A stretch of 64,000 bases of DNA, taken from positions 3,224,001 to 3,288,000 of the forward strand of contig NC_042999.1 in the NCBI RefSeq assembly GCF_006345805.1. Reading direction: 5' to 3'. The DNA comes from Octopus sinensis (Eukaryota). Positions 24,341-38,615 of the stretch are shown here, one piece after another. Under the pieces are notes generated by a model. That model did not search any database and was not told where the DNA came from. It worked only from the letters and a program-made list of their open reading frames with translations. Every line of letters starts with the position of its first letter. Within the stretch, counting starts at the first letter, position 1. A program made the translations under genes and the position numbers.

Positions 24341-25549
24341 GTTACATACCTGCCGATTCAGTTGTCATTAATATCTCCCACCTTACCCATACTCCATACT
24401 TACTTCCTCTACCCACTTCTCTAACCAACCCTCTGTTGCTCTCTCCTCATACACTTAAATGTACCCACTCTCCACTCCCCTAATCCATTTTGTGTTTCCC
24501 CTCTTATACTCCTCTTCTTGTACCTTGAGAGGTTGCTGTGACACTGCATCTCTACCATCTTTATCTTTTTCCAACTACTCCCACCCGCACCTATGTAATG
24601 TGTGGTCACCATGCATCCCCTTTGTAGCAAGACAACTGTTCTTGTCCCTCTATCATAACCTTTGCATAAAGCTAACTCTCTTCCCCTCAAATAACCCCCC
24701 TCACTTAATATTGGGAGTTTTCTCCCTGTTCTTTTTTGCAGTCTTGTAAGCTGCTTGGCCACCTCACAAGTGCAAAGTCACACTGCAAAGTGGTTGGCCT
24801 TAGGAACGATATCATCATCATCATTGTTTAACATCTATTTTCCATGCTAGCATGGGTTGGACGGTTCAACTGGGGTCTGGGAAGCCAGAAGGCTGCACCA
24901 GGCCCAGACTGATCTGGCAATGTTTCTATGGCTGGATGCCCTTCCAAATGCCAACCACTCCGTGAGTGTAGTGGGTGCTTTTTACATGCCACCAGCACAG
25001 GTGCCAGAGGGGGCTGGCAAACGACCACGGTCGGATGGTGCTTTTACATCCCACCGGCACGGGGGCCACCATGCCTACATTGATAACAGACGTTAAATGA
25101 TGGTGATGGTCATCATCATAACCAGCATTCTTTATTTCTCACATCCTCAGTTCATTGCATGAATTGGTCATATAATTCCTTCTCTTTCAAGCTTTCCATT
25201 TTGTTCTTCCTTCTGTTCTTCAATCCTACCACTTTTCAGTGGGTTTTTTTTTTTGGTCATTTCTGGCTTTTTTTTGGACATTTCTGGCTTTAGTCAGAGG
25301 TCAACTTTGCCTTTCATCTTTCTGGAGTCAATTGAATAAACTACCAGTCAAATGGTGATGGTCAAGATTAGCAAAGCTGATGGAGAACTCGCTATTAATC
25401 GAGAAGACCTTCATTGTTGTGCCAACAATGTGCTGCAGTCATGTGATACCTGATGACCCCAGTCAAATACTGGGGTAGGTTTAAACGATTGACCTCACAC
25501 CTTGCTAAATTTCTAGGCTTGTACCTTAATTAGAAAAAAAGTCAAATGC

Positions 25550-26015
25550 TATTTTAAAACACTGGTGAGGGTGCTGTGCAAAAAGTACTAGTGGTGGCAC
25601 CGCATAAAAAGTACTGGTGATGGTGTCACAAAAAAAACATTAATACGGGTGCCACATAAACAACACTTGTAATGGTGTCATGTAAAAAGTACTGGTGGTG
25701 GTTCCACATAAACAGCACTGGTACTGGTGTCACATAAAGAGCAATGGGGATGGTTCCACATGTTAAGCACATGTACTGGTGGCCCATAAAAAGCACTGGT
25801 GATGGTAGTACATAACAAGTACTGTTGCTGGTGCCAAATAAAAAGCACCCAGTACACTCCGTAAAGTGGTTGGTGTTAGGAAGGGCATCCAGCCATAGAA
25901 ACAAAGCCAAAATAGAGAATGAGACCTTATGCAGGTCCTGATCTTGCCAGCTTTTGCTTAACAGTCCAATCCATGCTAGCATGGGAAACAGGCTTTAAAC
26001 AATGATGATGATCAT
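25550..26015 (+). mobile_element. Family B variant with an about 27-28-bp tandem array
   Basis: About 11 units resembling GGTGCCACATAAAAAGCACTGGTGAT, followed by the conserved 3' module and (GAT)n. Confidence 0.65.
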
Positions 26016-26183
26016 ACCTCAAGTGTTAGGATTGATGGTATTAACATGATTTTAATTGCAAACACACACACAAAAAAAGGCTCTGAATTTTTTTTATGTC
26101 ATGTCCTTGTGAATAAAATATGCAAATTCTGTAACAGTTTTCCTCTAATTAGTTCTGTAAATTTACAAGGTCTGTTGCTTATT

Positions 26184-26795
26184 ATTACCTCTACTTTTGC
26201 TAAGGCAGAGGTATTGTTTTCTGTCATGTTTGTTTGTCTATGGACAAGATATTTCTAGAACCTCTGGATAGATTCAGATGAAACTTTCAGGGATGTTGGG
26301 CCTCATGACTGGCACAAGCTGATTAAATTTTGCTATTCATACAGTACTGGACAAAGATTCTGGATTATTTTTTGTTATATTTATTTTATTTTACATGATC
26401 ATGATCTTATGTTAACTTTCAAGTCTTTCCCAATTATCTCCCTTTAGGCTTCATCTATTTTGAATGGTGAATTTGTTAACTTTGGCTTGTATTGGATAAG
26501 GATAAACTATTTATTACTGTTACTAAATTTTCTACTTCCACCTTCACATTCCAGGACTACCATTGGGATCGATCCGGTACCGGACAAGGATTCTGGATTA
26601 TTTTTCTAATTTTTTTCTTTTACTTAATTTTTGATAGCAGTTGGGTTCATGTTCAGTATTCTCGTTTGTGAGAGCAGTCGAATTTATTTAAGATATTCTT
26701 ATTTTAAAATTCATATCTGACCTATCGTTGAGAGGATGTTGGTGTTGCCTTGGCAGCGGTTTGCGCTCTCTGAGTGCTCTTGTTATTGTTATAGC
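26184..26795. mobile_element. Interspersed repeat family E (terminal short hairpin; non-autonomous DNA element, possibly Helentron/HINE-like)
   Basis: Reverse-complement homologue at 39930-40280 ending ACCTTCGCTAAGATGAAGGT; a short piece also at 7455-7515. The class assignment is a guess. Confidence 0.45.
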
Positions 26796-27209
26796 AACTA
26801 TCATTGTTGTTTTCTATGACAATCTGAAGAATTCATTTCATGTGAAAAATTCAAAGTGCCTCAAAGAAATAACCCATATTTGATTCTTATTTAGAATCAT
26901 TTTATCTCATTTATGTTATTAATGCCCTGGAGAAAAGCATGCATTTTGAAGATATCTTTCTCTATACTTATCCACAACTATCACTAACGCTGCCACTACC
27001 ACCACCAACGCCATCACATACATGCATACATGTAAAACTTCAGGCTTTATGCCAGTCTAATAAACTGTTACAATATTCTATTCTTAAGTAAACAATATAG
27101 CAAATGGCATTGGTAAAGCCATCTTTGTCACTTCTGCAATGATTTGGTGAGCTGCAAGATAATACTACTTTATTCTGGGGTTCAGTAAGAATAATTACAT
27201 GGTGTTCTA

Positions 27210-28120
27210 CGAACCACATGGTTCCGGGTTCAGTCTCACTGCGTGGCACCTTGGGAAAGTGTCTTCTATTATAGCCTCGGGCCAACCAAAGCCTTGTGAG
27301 TGGATTTGGTAGATCGAAACTGAAAGAAGCTTGTCGTATATATGTATGTGTGTTTGTGTTTGTCCCCCAACATCACTTGACAACCGATGCTGGTGTGTTT
27401 GCATCCCTGTAACTTAGCGGTTTGGCAAAAGAGACCGATAGAATAAGTACTAGGCTTACAAAGAATAAGTCCTGGGGTCGATTTGCTTGACTAAAGGTGG
27501 TGCTCCAGCATGGCCACAGTCACATGACAAACAAGTAAAAGAGTATAAAAGGTATAGGCACAAGTGTGGGTGAATGATAAGAAGTTTGCTTCCCATCCAC
27601 ATGGTTCTAAGTTCAGTCCCACTGCATCTTATACTATAGTCTCGGGCCAACCAAAGCCTTGTCAATGGATTTGGTAGATGGAAACTGTAAGAAGCCTGTC
27701 GAATGTGTGTGTCTTTATGTCTGTGTTGTCCTCCACAACTACTTGGCAACTGGTGTAGGTGTGTTTATATCCCTGTAGCTTTGCAAGTCAGCAACAGAGA
27801 CCAAAAGTATAAATACCAGGCTTAGAAAAAATAAAAACTGGGGTTAATTAGTTCAACTAAAATTCTTCCAAAGCAGTGCCCCAGCATGGCCGCAGTCTAA
27901 TGACTGAAACAAGTAAAGATAGAAGATATATATGTGGGCACTGGCTTGGTTGTGAGGTAAGAAGCTTGCTTTCCAAACACATGGCTTTGAGTTCAGTCCC
28001 ACTGTACAATTTGAACAAGTGTCTTCTTTTGTAGTCCTTGTTCAACCAAAGCCTTCTGAGTGGATTTGGTAGATGGAAACTGAAAGAAACCCCTCCTGTG
28101 TATGTGAGTGTGTTTGTTAC
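27210..28120 (+). mobile_element. Three consecutive SINE family A copies (head-to-tail)
   Basis: Family A head or body recurs at about 27210, 27555 and 27935. Confidence 0.75.
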
Positions 28121-29137
28121 TGTCTCCTTATCCTGACATTGCATACTTGTGAGTGTCACTTATGCAAGCAGTGTCATCTTCATCATTTAATGTCTGTTGT
28201 CCATGCTGGCATGGGTTTGATGGTTTGACCAGGGCGTTCAAGCTGGAAGGCTGCACCATACTCTAGTTTGATTTGGTATGATTTTCTATGGCTGGATGCC
28301 CCTGCCAACCAGTCTGAGAGTGTAATGGGTGCTGTTACGTGCCACTGGCACGGGTGCCATTTGTGTGACACCAGTATCTACCATGATAGCAATTTTGGTT
28401 GATTTAATGGCTCTTCTTCTCAAGCATGGCATAATGTCCTTTTAATTCTAATTTTTCAAGACATGTCTGGTTGTGGTGAAATATTACCTCACATGGAAAC
28501 AGGTAAAGACTTTCTAAAGAAAATACACCTCTACAAATTCTGTCTTGTCCATGCAAGGATGAAAAGTGGGCACTAAAACAAGGATGATGATGATGATGAT
28601 GTCTTTTATTTTCCTACAAGGCTGTCAGCTTTGTTTTATTCAATGCCAGTCTGTCTGTCTGTCCTTTAGTTAATAACCGCAAGATAAGGATGAAAAAGTT
28701 GAGTGAAATTACAATCGAATGACGTCTTGGTTAGAGGAAGAAAATGACCTAAAGGTAGAATAAATGGTTTCTTGAATCAATAATAAACTACTTTAAGCCA
28801 AGGGATTGATTGACCAAGTAATATTTGAATAAGGTTTCTAAACTATTTTGTGTAAGGCTGTTCTGTCAGGTGGAAACAACTATCCACTTTGAATACTAAC
28901 TGTGCAAAAGTACACGCACTAACTTCAGGCAAAACACTTTAATCTAAATAGATAGATTTGGCAACGTAGGTGTCCATGTGTGGTTACTTGATCTGCTAGA
29001 AATAACAACCAAATCTCAATGCTTGGTCAGAAATGATTAGGAGACAGTCTGTGTATAAAATGGCAACAAGATAGAATATAGTAACACGTCCTCTTTTAAA
29101 CATGAATCTGTTGATAGTTGATTCTTAGAGCAAATTC

Positions 29138-29613
29138 TTAACCTTTTCAATACCAACTCATCTGAAACCGCCTCTGGCTCTGTAATACAAATGTCTTGTT
29201 TTCATAAGTTTTGAATTAAAATCTTCCACCAAACCTTAGTCACAATATATGTTCCTAACACTAGCTTAATGATAACTATGTTATTTTACTAAATTCTTTG
29301 TTTTATTTAAAATTAATTGAAAGAAACACAGAGCTTCTCAAAGGAAATATGGTAACAAAAGGGTTAAAGTCACCATGATATTTTTAACCCTTTTGATACT
29401 AACCTGGCTGAAACCGCCTTTGTCTCTGTAGTACAAATGTCTTGTTTTCATAAGTTTTCAGTTAAAATCTTCCACCAAACCTTAGTCACAATTTATGTTC
29501 CTAACACTAGCTTAATGATAACTAAGTTATTTTACTAAATTCTTTGTTTTATTTAAAATCAATTGAAAGAAACACAGAGCATCTCAAAATAAATACGGAA
29601 ATGAAAGGGTTAA
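29138..29613. mobile_element. Two adjacent copies of a TTAA-flanked piggyBac-type MITE (29138-29367 and 29384-29613)
   Basis: TTAA-CC(C)TTT... AAAGGG-TTAA ends; the two bodies are highly similar. Confidence 0.8.
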
Positions 29614-29976
29614 AGCTTAAATTATTCTTGTAGCTTTTCTTATAATTCGACTTTGGGTCTTTTCATTTAAGTTTTACATACCTATGTATAAAGGAATTCA
29701 TTTCCCAACTCCATGCTTTTGAGTTTGGTCCCATTGTGTGGAATTTACAGAAGTATCTTCTATGATAGCAGTGATAATGGTGATGTCCATTTTCAGACCT
29801 CACAATATCAAGGCTATTAATGTTATGGATGACAAAATCCTGCAGAGCAATCCATAGGTCAGTGCATAAACATATCTTACACTGAATAGAGATCATCATC
29901 ATGTGTATATATATCTTCAGTCTTCTATAATGAATCCATAAACAGACATAAAACATCCAAGGGTATATTTTTCTTT

Positions 29977-30059
29977 TTCCCTCTGAAGATATTATGCTCA
30001 GATCATATAAAAATAAATTTAATATTTACTGAGTATTAATTGAAACAGCTGTAAGGGAA
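29977..30059 (+). ncRNA. Type-I hammerhead motif (family 2, copy 2)
   Basis: UUCCCU-CUGAAGA-UAUUAUGCUCAG...CUGAGUAUUAAUU-GAAAC-AGCU-GUA-AGGGAA; perfect 6-bp stem I, ACAGCUGU palindrome. Confidence 0.7.
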
Positions 30060-30964
30060 GAAGATTAATTTGCTTTTAATAATAAACAATTATTAACTTC
30101 CTAATCTCCATTTTATTTTTCCTCTTATATATATATATATACGAGGAAACCTTGCCAAATCAGATTGGAGTCTGGTGCAGCCTCCCAAACCGCCCAACCC
30201 ATGCCAGCATGAAAAGTGGATATTAAACAACGATGATGGTGATGATAGGCTTCATTCAGTTTCTGTCTATGAAGTTCACTCCTAAGGCTTCAATCAGTCC
30301 AGAGCTATGAGTAAGATGTAACACAGTGAGATTGAACCTGAAACTACGGTTTGAAAGCCAACTTCTCAACCATGCAACTATACCTGTACCAACACAGAAA
30401 CACTCAGGAGTGTGCTTTTGTGTGCAGTGTGCGTATACAGAAGTGTGCATGTGTGTGTATGTTTGTATTCATGTATGTGTGGTTTATAATTTGCAAGATA
30501 GTTCAGTTCTTGAATTAGCTTCATCAGAGTTAATCAGATTAGGATACAATGAATAATTGAATTCTAGATACATAACAAAAAAAAAAAAATTAAAAAAGCA
30601 AAAAAAATGCAGAATGATCATAGCTGGAAGACCTTTGATCTGGCCCAGGGTTAAATAACAACTGCAGGTAAAATGACTGCAGCATTCTTCTCTAAATATT
30701 GGAGTGAAACTAAGCTTGGTATACTATCTAAGTAATTTAGAAATACTACAAGCATTCAAAGAGAAAGTCTTTGAATAAGAAATATGACTGATTCTTCTTA
30801 ATTAGCAATCTAACAACACACAAATTCTAAATTAATCTCTTAATTGTCACAGTGTAAATAGCTCAAGTGAATTTCAATCCGAAATAGTGAACTAAGATGT
30901 CTATATGTGCCTCTTTGATTGTGGATGTGTGTGTGTGTGTGTATGTATGTGTATAAATACACAT

Positions 30965-31170
30965 AGGCGCAGGAGTGGCTGTATGGTAAGTAGCTTGCCT
31001 ACCAAACACATTGTTATGGGTTCAGTCCCACTGTGTGGCACCTTGGGCAAGTGTCTTCTACTATAACCTCGGGCCAACCAAAGTGGATGTGAGTGGATTT
31101 GGTAGATGGAAACTGAAAGAAGCCCATCGCGTATATATATATATTTGCATAATAGTGGTTTTGTCTCTAA

Positions 31171-31226
<56 letters not shown>

Positions 31227-31850
31227 GTTTGTGTGTCTGTGTTTGTCCCCCCGACATCGCTTGACAACCGATGCTGGTGTGTTTACGTTCCCGTCACTTA
31301 GCGGTTTGGCAAAAAGAGACTGATGGAATAAGTACTAGGCTTACAAAGAATAAGTCCAGGGGTCGATTTCCTCAACTAAAGGCAGTGCACCAGCATGGCC
31401 ACAGTCAAATGACTGAAACAAATAAAAGGAAAAGAAAGATACACACACATGTACCTTCTTAATTGGCTAAATTATCTTTTGTTTGTTCAGTCACTAGACT
31501 GTAGCCATGCTGGAGCTCCACTTTGAAGAATTTTCTAGTTGAATGAATTGATCCCCCAGTACTTATATATTTTTTAAAACCTGGTACTTACTCTGTTGGT
31601 CTCTTTTGTCGAACTGCTAAGTTACAGGGATGTAAACACACCAACACCAGTTGTCAAGTGGGGGTAGGGGACAAGACACAAAGGCACACACTCAAAGCAC
31701 ATTAACAATGGGCTTCTTTCAGTTTCCATCTACCATGGGTGGCCCAAGGCTATAATAGAAGACACTTGCCCAAGGTGTCTTACAGTGGAACTGAACCCAG
31801 GACCATGTGATTGGGAAGCAAGCTTCTTACCACACAGCCATACCTGCATC
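30965..31850. mobile_element. Two SINE family A copies in tail-to-tail orientation (30965-31430 +, 31480-31850 -)
   Basis: Match to the family A consensus. Confidence 0.75.
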
Positions 31851-31872
31851 TCTCTTTCTCTCTCTCTCTCTC

Positions 31873-31925
<53 letters not shown>

Positions 31926-31959
31926 GAGAGAGAGAGAGATGAATAAATAAAAGGGCATC

Positions 31960-32450
31960 ATTGTACTTGACATTGGCCTTCATCAAAGTCCCTGGTTCTG
32001 TAATCTGGTTGTTGCTGAGAGAGCTAAGAGTAGATGAGTGACTTATGATAACCATACAAGCACTATTCAGAGGTGATGTCTGTAAGGTGAGGGTTGGCTC
32101 TGAGCACAACAATGTTTCTGATACACAAGCTGCAATTCACCAGGGTTCAGCCCTCATTCCCCTCCTGTTCATCATAGTCCTCCAAACTATAACAAAGGGA
32201 ATTTCTGACCTGTTGCTCTTGAGAACTACTATATGCTGATGACCTTGTCCTTATAGAAGAATCTGAAGTAAAATTACGAAAGACATTTCAGGTGTAGGAA
32301 CAAAACATGGAAAGTCAATTGAACAAAGACATGAGTTTTAGTTAGCAGGAAAACAGAATTCTACTCACTTCAGAAAAATGGCCCTGCTTAATGTGTGGGG
32401 CAAGATGTAGGGAGAAATTCCATCCGGTGTACTTAATGCAAGCTCTAAGG
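31960..32450 (+). pseudogene. RTE-clade reverse transcriptase fragment
   Basis: KVPGSVIWLLLRELRVDE*...KVRVG...HQGSALIPLLFIIVLQ...(frameshift)YADDLVL. Confidence 0.8.
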
Positions 32451-32726
32451 ACAGCACATATATAGGGCCTTCCTGAGCCATAGACTCATAGCCCAGTTTC
32501 CCAGGCCCTCTGGCATATATACCTCCTCACTGGATGAGACACTGGTCTGTCGCAAGATTACTCTTTTTTTTGCCAGCTGAATGGACTGGAGCCGTGTGAA
32601 ATGAAGTGTTTTGCTCAAGAATGCAATGTATTCCCCAATCCAGGAATCAAAACCACAATGTTATGATCATGAGCGCAACACCCTAACCACACACCTCAAT
32701 ATACATGTGTGCATGATTATACATAC

Positions 32727-32770
<44 letters not shown>

Positions 32771-33079
32771 TTGTATGTATGTATGTGTGTGTATATATAT
32801 ATATATATATAGATGTGCGTGTGTATACATATATATAGATGTGTATGTGTGTGTATATATGTATGTGTGTGTGTATATGTTTGTCCCCCAAACATTGCTT
32901 GACAACCAATGCTGGTGTGTTTACATCCATGTAACTTAGCAGTTCGGCAAAAGGGCTTGATAGAAGAATAAGTAGTAGGCTTACAACGAATAAGTCCTGG
33001 GGTTGATTTGCTCGACTAAAGGCAGTGCTCCAGTATGGCCACAGTCAAATGACTGAAACATAAAAGAATGAAAGAATAT

Positions 33080-33936
33080 AAATGTATCTATGTGTGTGTA
33101 TATATAGATGTGTATATGTGTGTGTATATATAGATATGTATGTGCATATATATATAGATATGTATGTGCATATATATATAGATATGTATGTGCATATATA
33201 TATAGATATATATGTGCATATAAATATAGATATGTATGTGCATATATATATAGATATGTATGTGCATATATATATATAGATATGTATGTGTATGTATATA
33301 TATATATATAGATGTATGTGTGTGTATGTATATATTTATGAATGCAACCACCAAAATAACACTTGGTGAACAAACCTGTCTCTTGGTTGTTTGTAAAACT
33401 CAAGAAATCAAGAAATCTAACTAAGAAGTTATCTTGCTCAAGGATGATTTGGTGACTGGCTTCTAAATCAGTCTGGTAATGTTAAATGAAATCAAATCAT
33501 GAATGGCTGTCCACTTGAATGAATAATCATACAGCTCGCCTAAAGTGATATTCAATCGATTCCTAAGTTATGATAAGCTGACCTGATAAGTTTTTGTTTT
33601 CCAAGATTAATACGTAAACCCAACTGAATTGTTGTTTGTGAAAAGCTCTCCTGGAATTCTAAAGGATTTCTTTTAGAAAACTTTCTAATGAATTATCGTA
33701 TTAAATCTTTAGACATTTTACCAAATAAAGATTAATGACCATTGCCAAAGAAAAGCAAAATTGTGTCCTCCAAGGCATCGGTTGAAACAATTGTGTATGT
33801 ATGTGTCTGTGTGTAAATATATATATGTGTATGAGAAAGTGTGTATGTATATTCATATATAAATACTGACATATGCATACATACAGTCATACATATAATA
33901 TACACATAATATACATATATATAATATAGACATAAT

Positions 33937-33975
<39 letters not shown>

Positions 33976-33991
33976 TACATATATATAATAC

Positions 33992-34027
<36 letters not shown>

Positions 34028-34230
34028 TACATATATATAATACATATATATATTACATATATAATACATATATATATCATATATATATATATATAATATA
34101 CACATAATATACATATATGTATATTACATATATATAATACATATATATATATAATATACTCATAGATATACATATATAATATACATAAATATAATACACA
34201 CACATATACACATACATAGATATATGTATC
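33080..34230. repeat. TA-rich microsatellite and minisatellite tracts (33080-33340 and 33880-34230)
   Basis: Seen directly. Confidence 0.85.
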
Positions 34231-34574
34231 TATTTATAATGAGAATGTGAAAGTAACAACAAAGGCAGATGCATTATATTATCATTGAGGTATATTTATT
34301 TCATCTGTGTGTGTGTGTGTATATGAGAGAGATAGGGAGGGAGCCTATGTGTATGTTTATGCTTTTCTTTGGAGATTAAGCTTTCCTCTGCTGTATTCAA
34401 GCCAGTCACAAACCAACTGATAAGGCCTTTTTTTGTTAGAATCCAGAGATTTATGAATCTGAAAGTGAATTAATGTTTCCATGTGTGTCCCTGTATCTGG
34501 GGACCTACATGTGCTCATGCAATGGATGTACATGTCTGTTTAGTACACAAGTGTTTGGTTACTTCTCATGTACT

Positions 34575-35672
34575 TTTTACTCTTTTATTCTTGTTTCAGT
34601 CATTTGACTGTGGCCATGCTGGAGCACCGCCTTTAGTCGAGCATATCGACCCCAGGACTTTGTAAGCCTAGTACTTATGCTATCGGTGTCTTTTGCCGAA
34701 CTGCTAAGTTACGGGGACGTAAACACACCAGCACATCGGTTGTCAAGCAATGTTGGGGGGACAAACACAGACACACAAACATACACACACACACATATAT
34801 ATATACACATACATATACGACAGCCTTCTTTCAGTGTCCGTCTACCAAATCCACTCAAGGCTTTGGTCGGTCCTAGGCTATAGCAGAAGACACTTGGCCC
34901 AGGTGTCACACAGCGGGACTGAAAATGGAACCATGTGGTTGGTTAGCAAGCTACTTGATACACAGCCACTCCTATGCCTGTGTATGTGCAAGCCTTATGC
35001 TTGTGTGATTCTATCCATTTCGTAATTCCTTGAAACCCAAATGCAGAATCTCTGGAATGTCTTATAAGACACTACTTATAAAAACTACTGCGTGTTGCAA
35101 TAAGGTCTCCCAGATTCATAGTTTTTGGTAAATATTTCAATTACAATCACATGGTATACACCACTCCAAACAATGTTGGTAACAGAGAAAAAAAAAAAAA
35201 GAAAATGGTAAATTACTAGCTACATGATGACAGTTACAGAGTTCCTGACTTTACTCATACCACATCAATATGGTATACTCTTTTACTTGCTTCAGTCATT
35301 TGACTGCGGCCATGCTGGAGCACCACCTTTAGTCGAGCAACTCGACCCTGGGACTTATCCTTTTGTAAGCCCAGTACTTATTCTATCGGTCTCTTTTGCC
35401 GAACCGCTAAGTAACGGGGACATAAACACACCAGCATCGGTTGTCAAGCAATGCTAGGGGGACAAACACAGACACACAAACACACACACGCATATATATA
35501 CATATATACGACAGGCTTCTTTCAGTTTCTGTCTACCAAATCCAATCACAAGGCTTTGGTCGGCCCGAGGCTATAGTAGAAGACACTTGCCCAAGGTTCC
35601 ACGCAGTGGGACTGAACCCGGAACCATGTGGTTGGTAAACAAGCTACTTACCACACAGCCACTCCTGCGCCT
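34575..35672 (-). mobile_element. Two SINE family A copies (34575-34980 and 35275-35672)
   Basis: Reverse complement of the family A consensus. Confidence 0.8.
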
Positions 35673-35884
35673 GTATATATACGTTTATGTATGAGTGTGT
35701 ATATATATATATATGTTTGTGTGTGTGTGTGTCTTTGTATATGTGTTTGTCCCTCCACCACTGCTTGACAACTGGTATCGGTGTATTTAGATCCTTGTAA
35801 CTCAACGGTGTGGCAAAAGGGACCAATAGAATAAGTACTAGGCTTTAAAAAATGTTGTAAGGTCAATTTGTGTGTGTGTGTTTG

Positions 35885-35918
<34 letters not shown>

Positions 35919-36519
35919 TGTTTGTGTGTATGTTTGTATGCATGTATGTATATGTTTATGTATGCATGCATGTATGTGTTTATGTATGTATGTATGTATG
36001 TATGTATAATATATGCTTGCATGTATGCACATATATACATATGTATGTATGTATATATATATATATATTATTCATATATTACTTTCGTCCTCCTGAGGTC
36101 AATTAAGTAATTACCAATTCGATATCAGAATCAATTCAATCAACTACAAGTATATTCCTAATAAATTGTTAAGTTTAATTACTTCCATTTCTTTATGGCG
36201 GGGCGAGGTGACAGAATCGTTAGCATGCCGGGTGAAATGCTTAGCAGTATTTCACCCATCTCTACATTCTGAGTTCAAATTCCACCAATATTGTCTTTGC
36301 CGCTCATCCTTTCAGAGTTGATAAACTGAGTACCAGTGAAATTCTGGGGTTGATGTAATCAACTAGTCCTCTCCCACATAACATCAGGCCTTGTTCCTCT
36401 GGATAGAAAGGATTATTTGCATATCTTGTTGAAATACTGAAGTCAACTTTGTCTTTCATCAAGATGAAATAAGTACCAGTTATATACTGGGGGTTAATTT
36501 GAATGAGATCTGTATAATC

Positions 36520-36735
36520 ACAATCGAAGGAGAGGGGCTTTCTCCATCCGGGTTGTGGATCCATGGAATAAGCTGCCGGACGAGATAGTGAAGATGCCGA
36601 CGACCGCTCGGTTCAAAGTCTCCCTTGACCACAAATGGCCTGAACTCTTTGCATGAACACCACCCTGTACATAACTCCATGTCCCCCTACATGGCCTTGC
36701 TTTTTGCTTTTTGAGCCAAACAATTAACTTAACTT
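36520..36735 (+). mobile_element. CR1 3' fragment of the same family as 17442-19355
   Basis: GAFSIRVVDPWNKLPDEIVKMPT...KWPELFA* followed by the same 3' UTR. Confidence 0.85.
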
Positions 36736-37114
36736 ATTATCGACCTAGGTCAAAGAGATGTAATGTTGATATCTTCTGAAGGTCAGCATCGTCATCATTT
36801 AATGTCCGCTTTCCATGCTGGCATTGGTTGGATGGTTTGACAGAATCTGATGGACACAAGGACTGCATCATGCTCCAATGTCTGTATTGGCAGGATTTCT
36901 ACAGCTTGATGCCTTTCCTAACGCCAACCACTTCACAGCATGTACTGGTTGAATTTTTTATGCTCTCAGCGCTAGTGAGCCCCCCCCCCCACCCTGTAGG
37001 TTGCTAAACTGAATCCCAAAGGGACAGCCTTATATATAAACATTTAAACCAGCACTGAGCATTCCTGTTGATCTGATCAATGAAACAGCCTACTCTCTCT
37101 CTCTCTCTCTCTCT

Positions 37115-37314
37115 CTTTTATTTGTTTCAGTCATTTGACTATGGCCATGCTGGAGCACCGCCTTTAACTCGACCCCAGGACTTATTCTTTGTAAGCCCAG
37201 TACTTATTCTATCGGTCTCTTTTGCCGAACCGCTAAGTGACAGTGACATAAACCCACCAGCATCGGTTGTCAAGCAATGCTAGGGAGACAAACACAGACA
37301 CACAAACATACATA

Positions 37315-37349
<35 letters not shown>

Positions 37350-37515
37350 ATATATACAACGGGCTTCTTTCAGTTTCCGCCTACCAAATCCACTCACAAG
37401 GCTTTGGTCGGCCCGAGGCTATAGTAGAAGACACTATCCCAAGGTGCCACGCAGTGGGACTGAACCTGGAACCATGTGGTTGGTAAACAAGCTACCTACC
37501 ACACAGCCACTCCTA
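37115..37515 (-). mobile_element. SINE family A copy
   Basis: Reverse complement of the family A consensus. Confidence 0.85.
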
Positions 37516-37924
37516 CTTGTGAAATTAATGTGCAAGTAGCTGAGTACTCCACAGACATGCATACCTTTACTGTAGTGAAAGCACATAGCTTAGTGGTTAA
37601 GGTGTTCAGCTCACAATCGTCAGGTTGTAAGTTCGATTTCCAGAAGTGCATTGTAACCTTGAGCAAGACTTTTTATTTCTTCGTGTTGCTCCCATCCACT
37701 CAATTAGCAAAAATGAGTTGTACCTGTAATTCATACGGGACAACCTTGTCACCTTCTGTGTCGTTCTGAAGAACTACATTAGGAACATAGACATAGACAC
37801 GTACATATACAAAGGCTTCATTCAGTTTCTATTAACCGAATTCACTCCCAAAGTTTTGGTCAATCTGGAGCTACAGTGGAAGGTACTTGCACCATGGACA
37901 AAAAATTTTTGAAACTTAACTTGA

Positions 37925-38570
37925 GACCATCATCATCATCCTCATCATCATTTAACATCCGTTTTCCATGCTGGCATGGGTTGGAAGATTTGACTGAAGA
38001 CAGGTAAGCTGGGGAGCTGCACCTGCTTCTAATCTGATTTGGCAAGGTTTCTACGACTGGATGCCATTCCTAACACCAACCACTCCAAGAGTGTAGTGGG
38101 TGCTTTTTCCATGCCACCAGCATGGGTGTCAGTTACGAAACACTGGCATCCGCCATGACTACAATCTCACTTGGCTTGAGGGGTCTTCTCAAGTACAGTT
38201 TATCACCAAAGGCCTTGGTCACTTGTCACTGCTTCCTTGTGGCCCAGTTTTGAAGGGTACTTTTTACATGCCACCAGCATGGGTGCTAGATATGCAACAC
38301 TGGTATTGACCACGACTACGATTTCACTTGGCTTGATGGGTCATCTCAAGCACAGTTTATCACCAAAGCCTTGGTCACTTGTTACTGCCTCCGTGAGGCC
38401 CAAAGTTTACAAGGTGCTTTTTACATGCCACCAGAACAGGTGTCAGTTATATGACACTGGTATCGGCCATGACTGTGATTTTACTTGGCTTGATGGGTCT
38501 TCTAAAGCACAGCATATCGCCAAAGGGGTCAGTCACTTGTGGTTGCCTCAGTGAGGCCCAATGTTCAAAG
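37925..38570 (-). mobile_element. Family B variant with a 157-bp tandem unit (3 copies)
   Basis: The TGCTTTTT(A/C)CATGCCACCAG-like motif recurs at 38101, 38258 and 38415. Confidence 0.7.
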
Positions 38571-38576
38571 ATATAT

Positions 38577-38614
<38 letters not shown>

Positions 38615-38615
38615 G

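Noticed and set aside
24370-24760. Possible L1/Tx1-type LINE fragment (ORF 24421-24762)
   Set aside because: No diagnostic motif was recognised.
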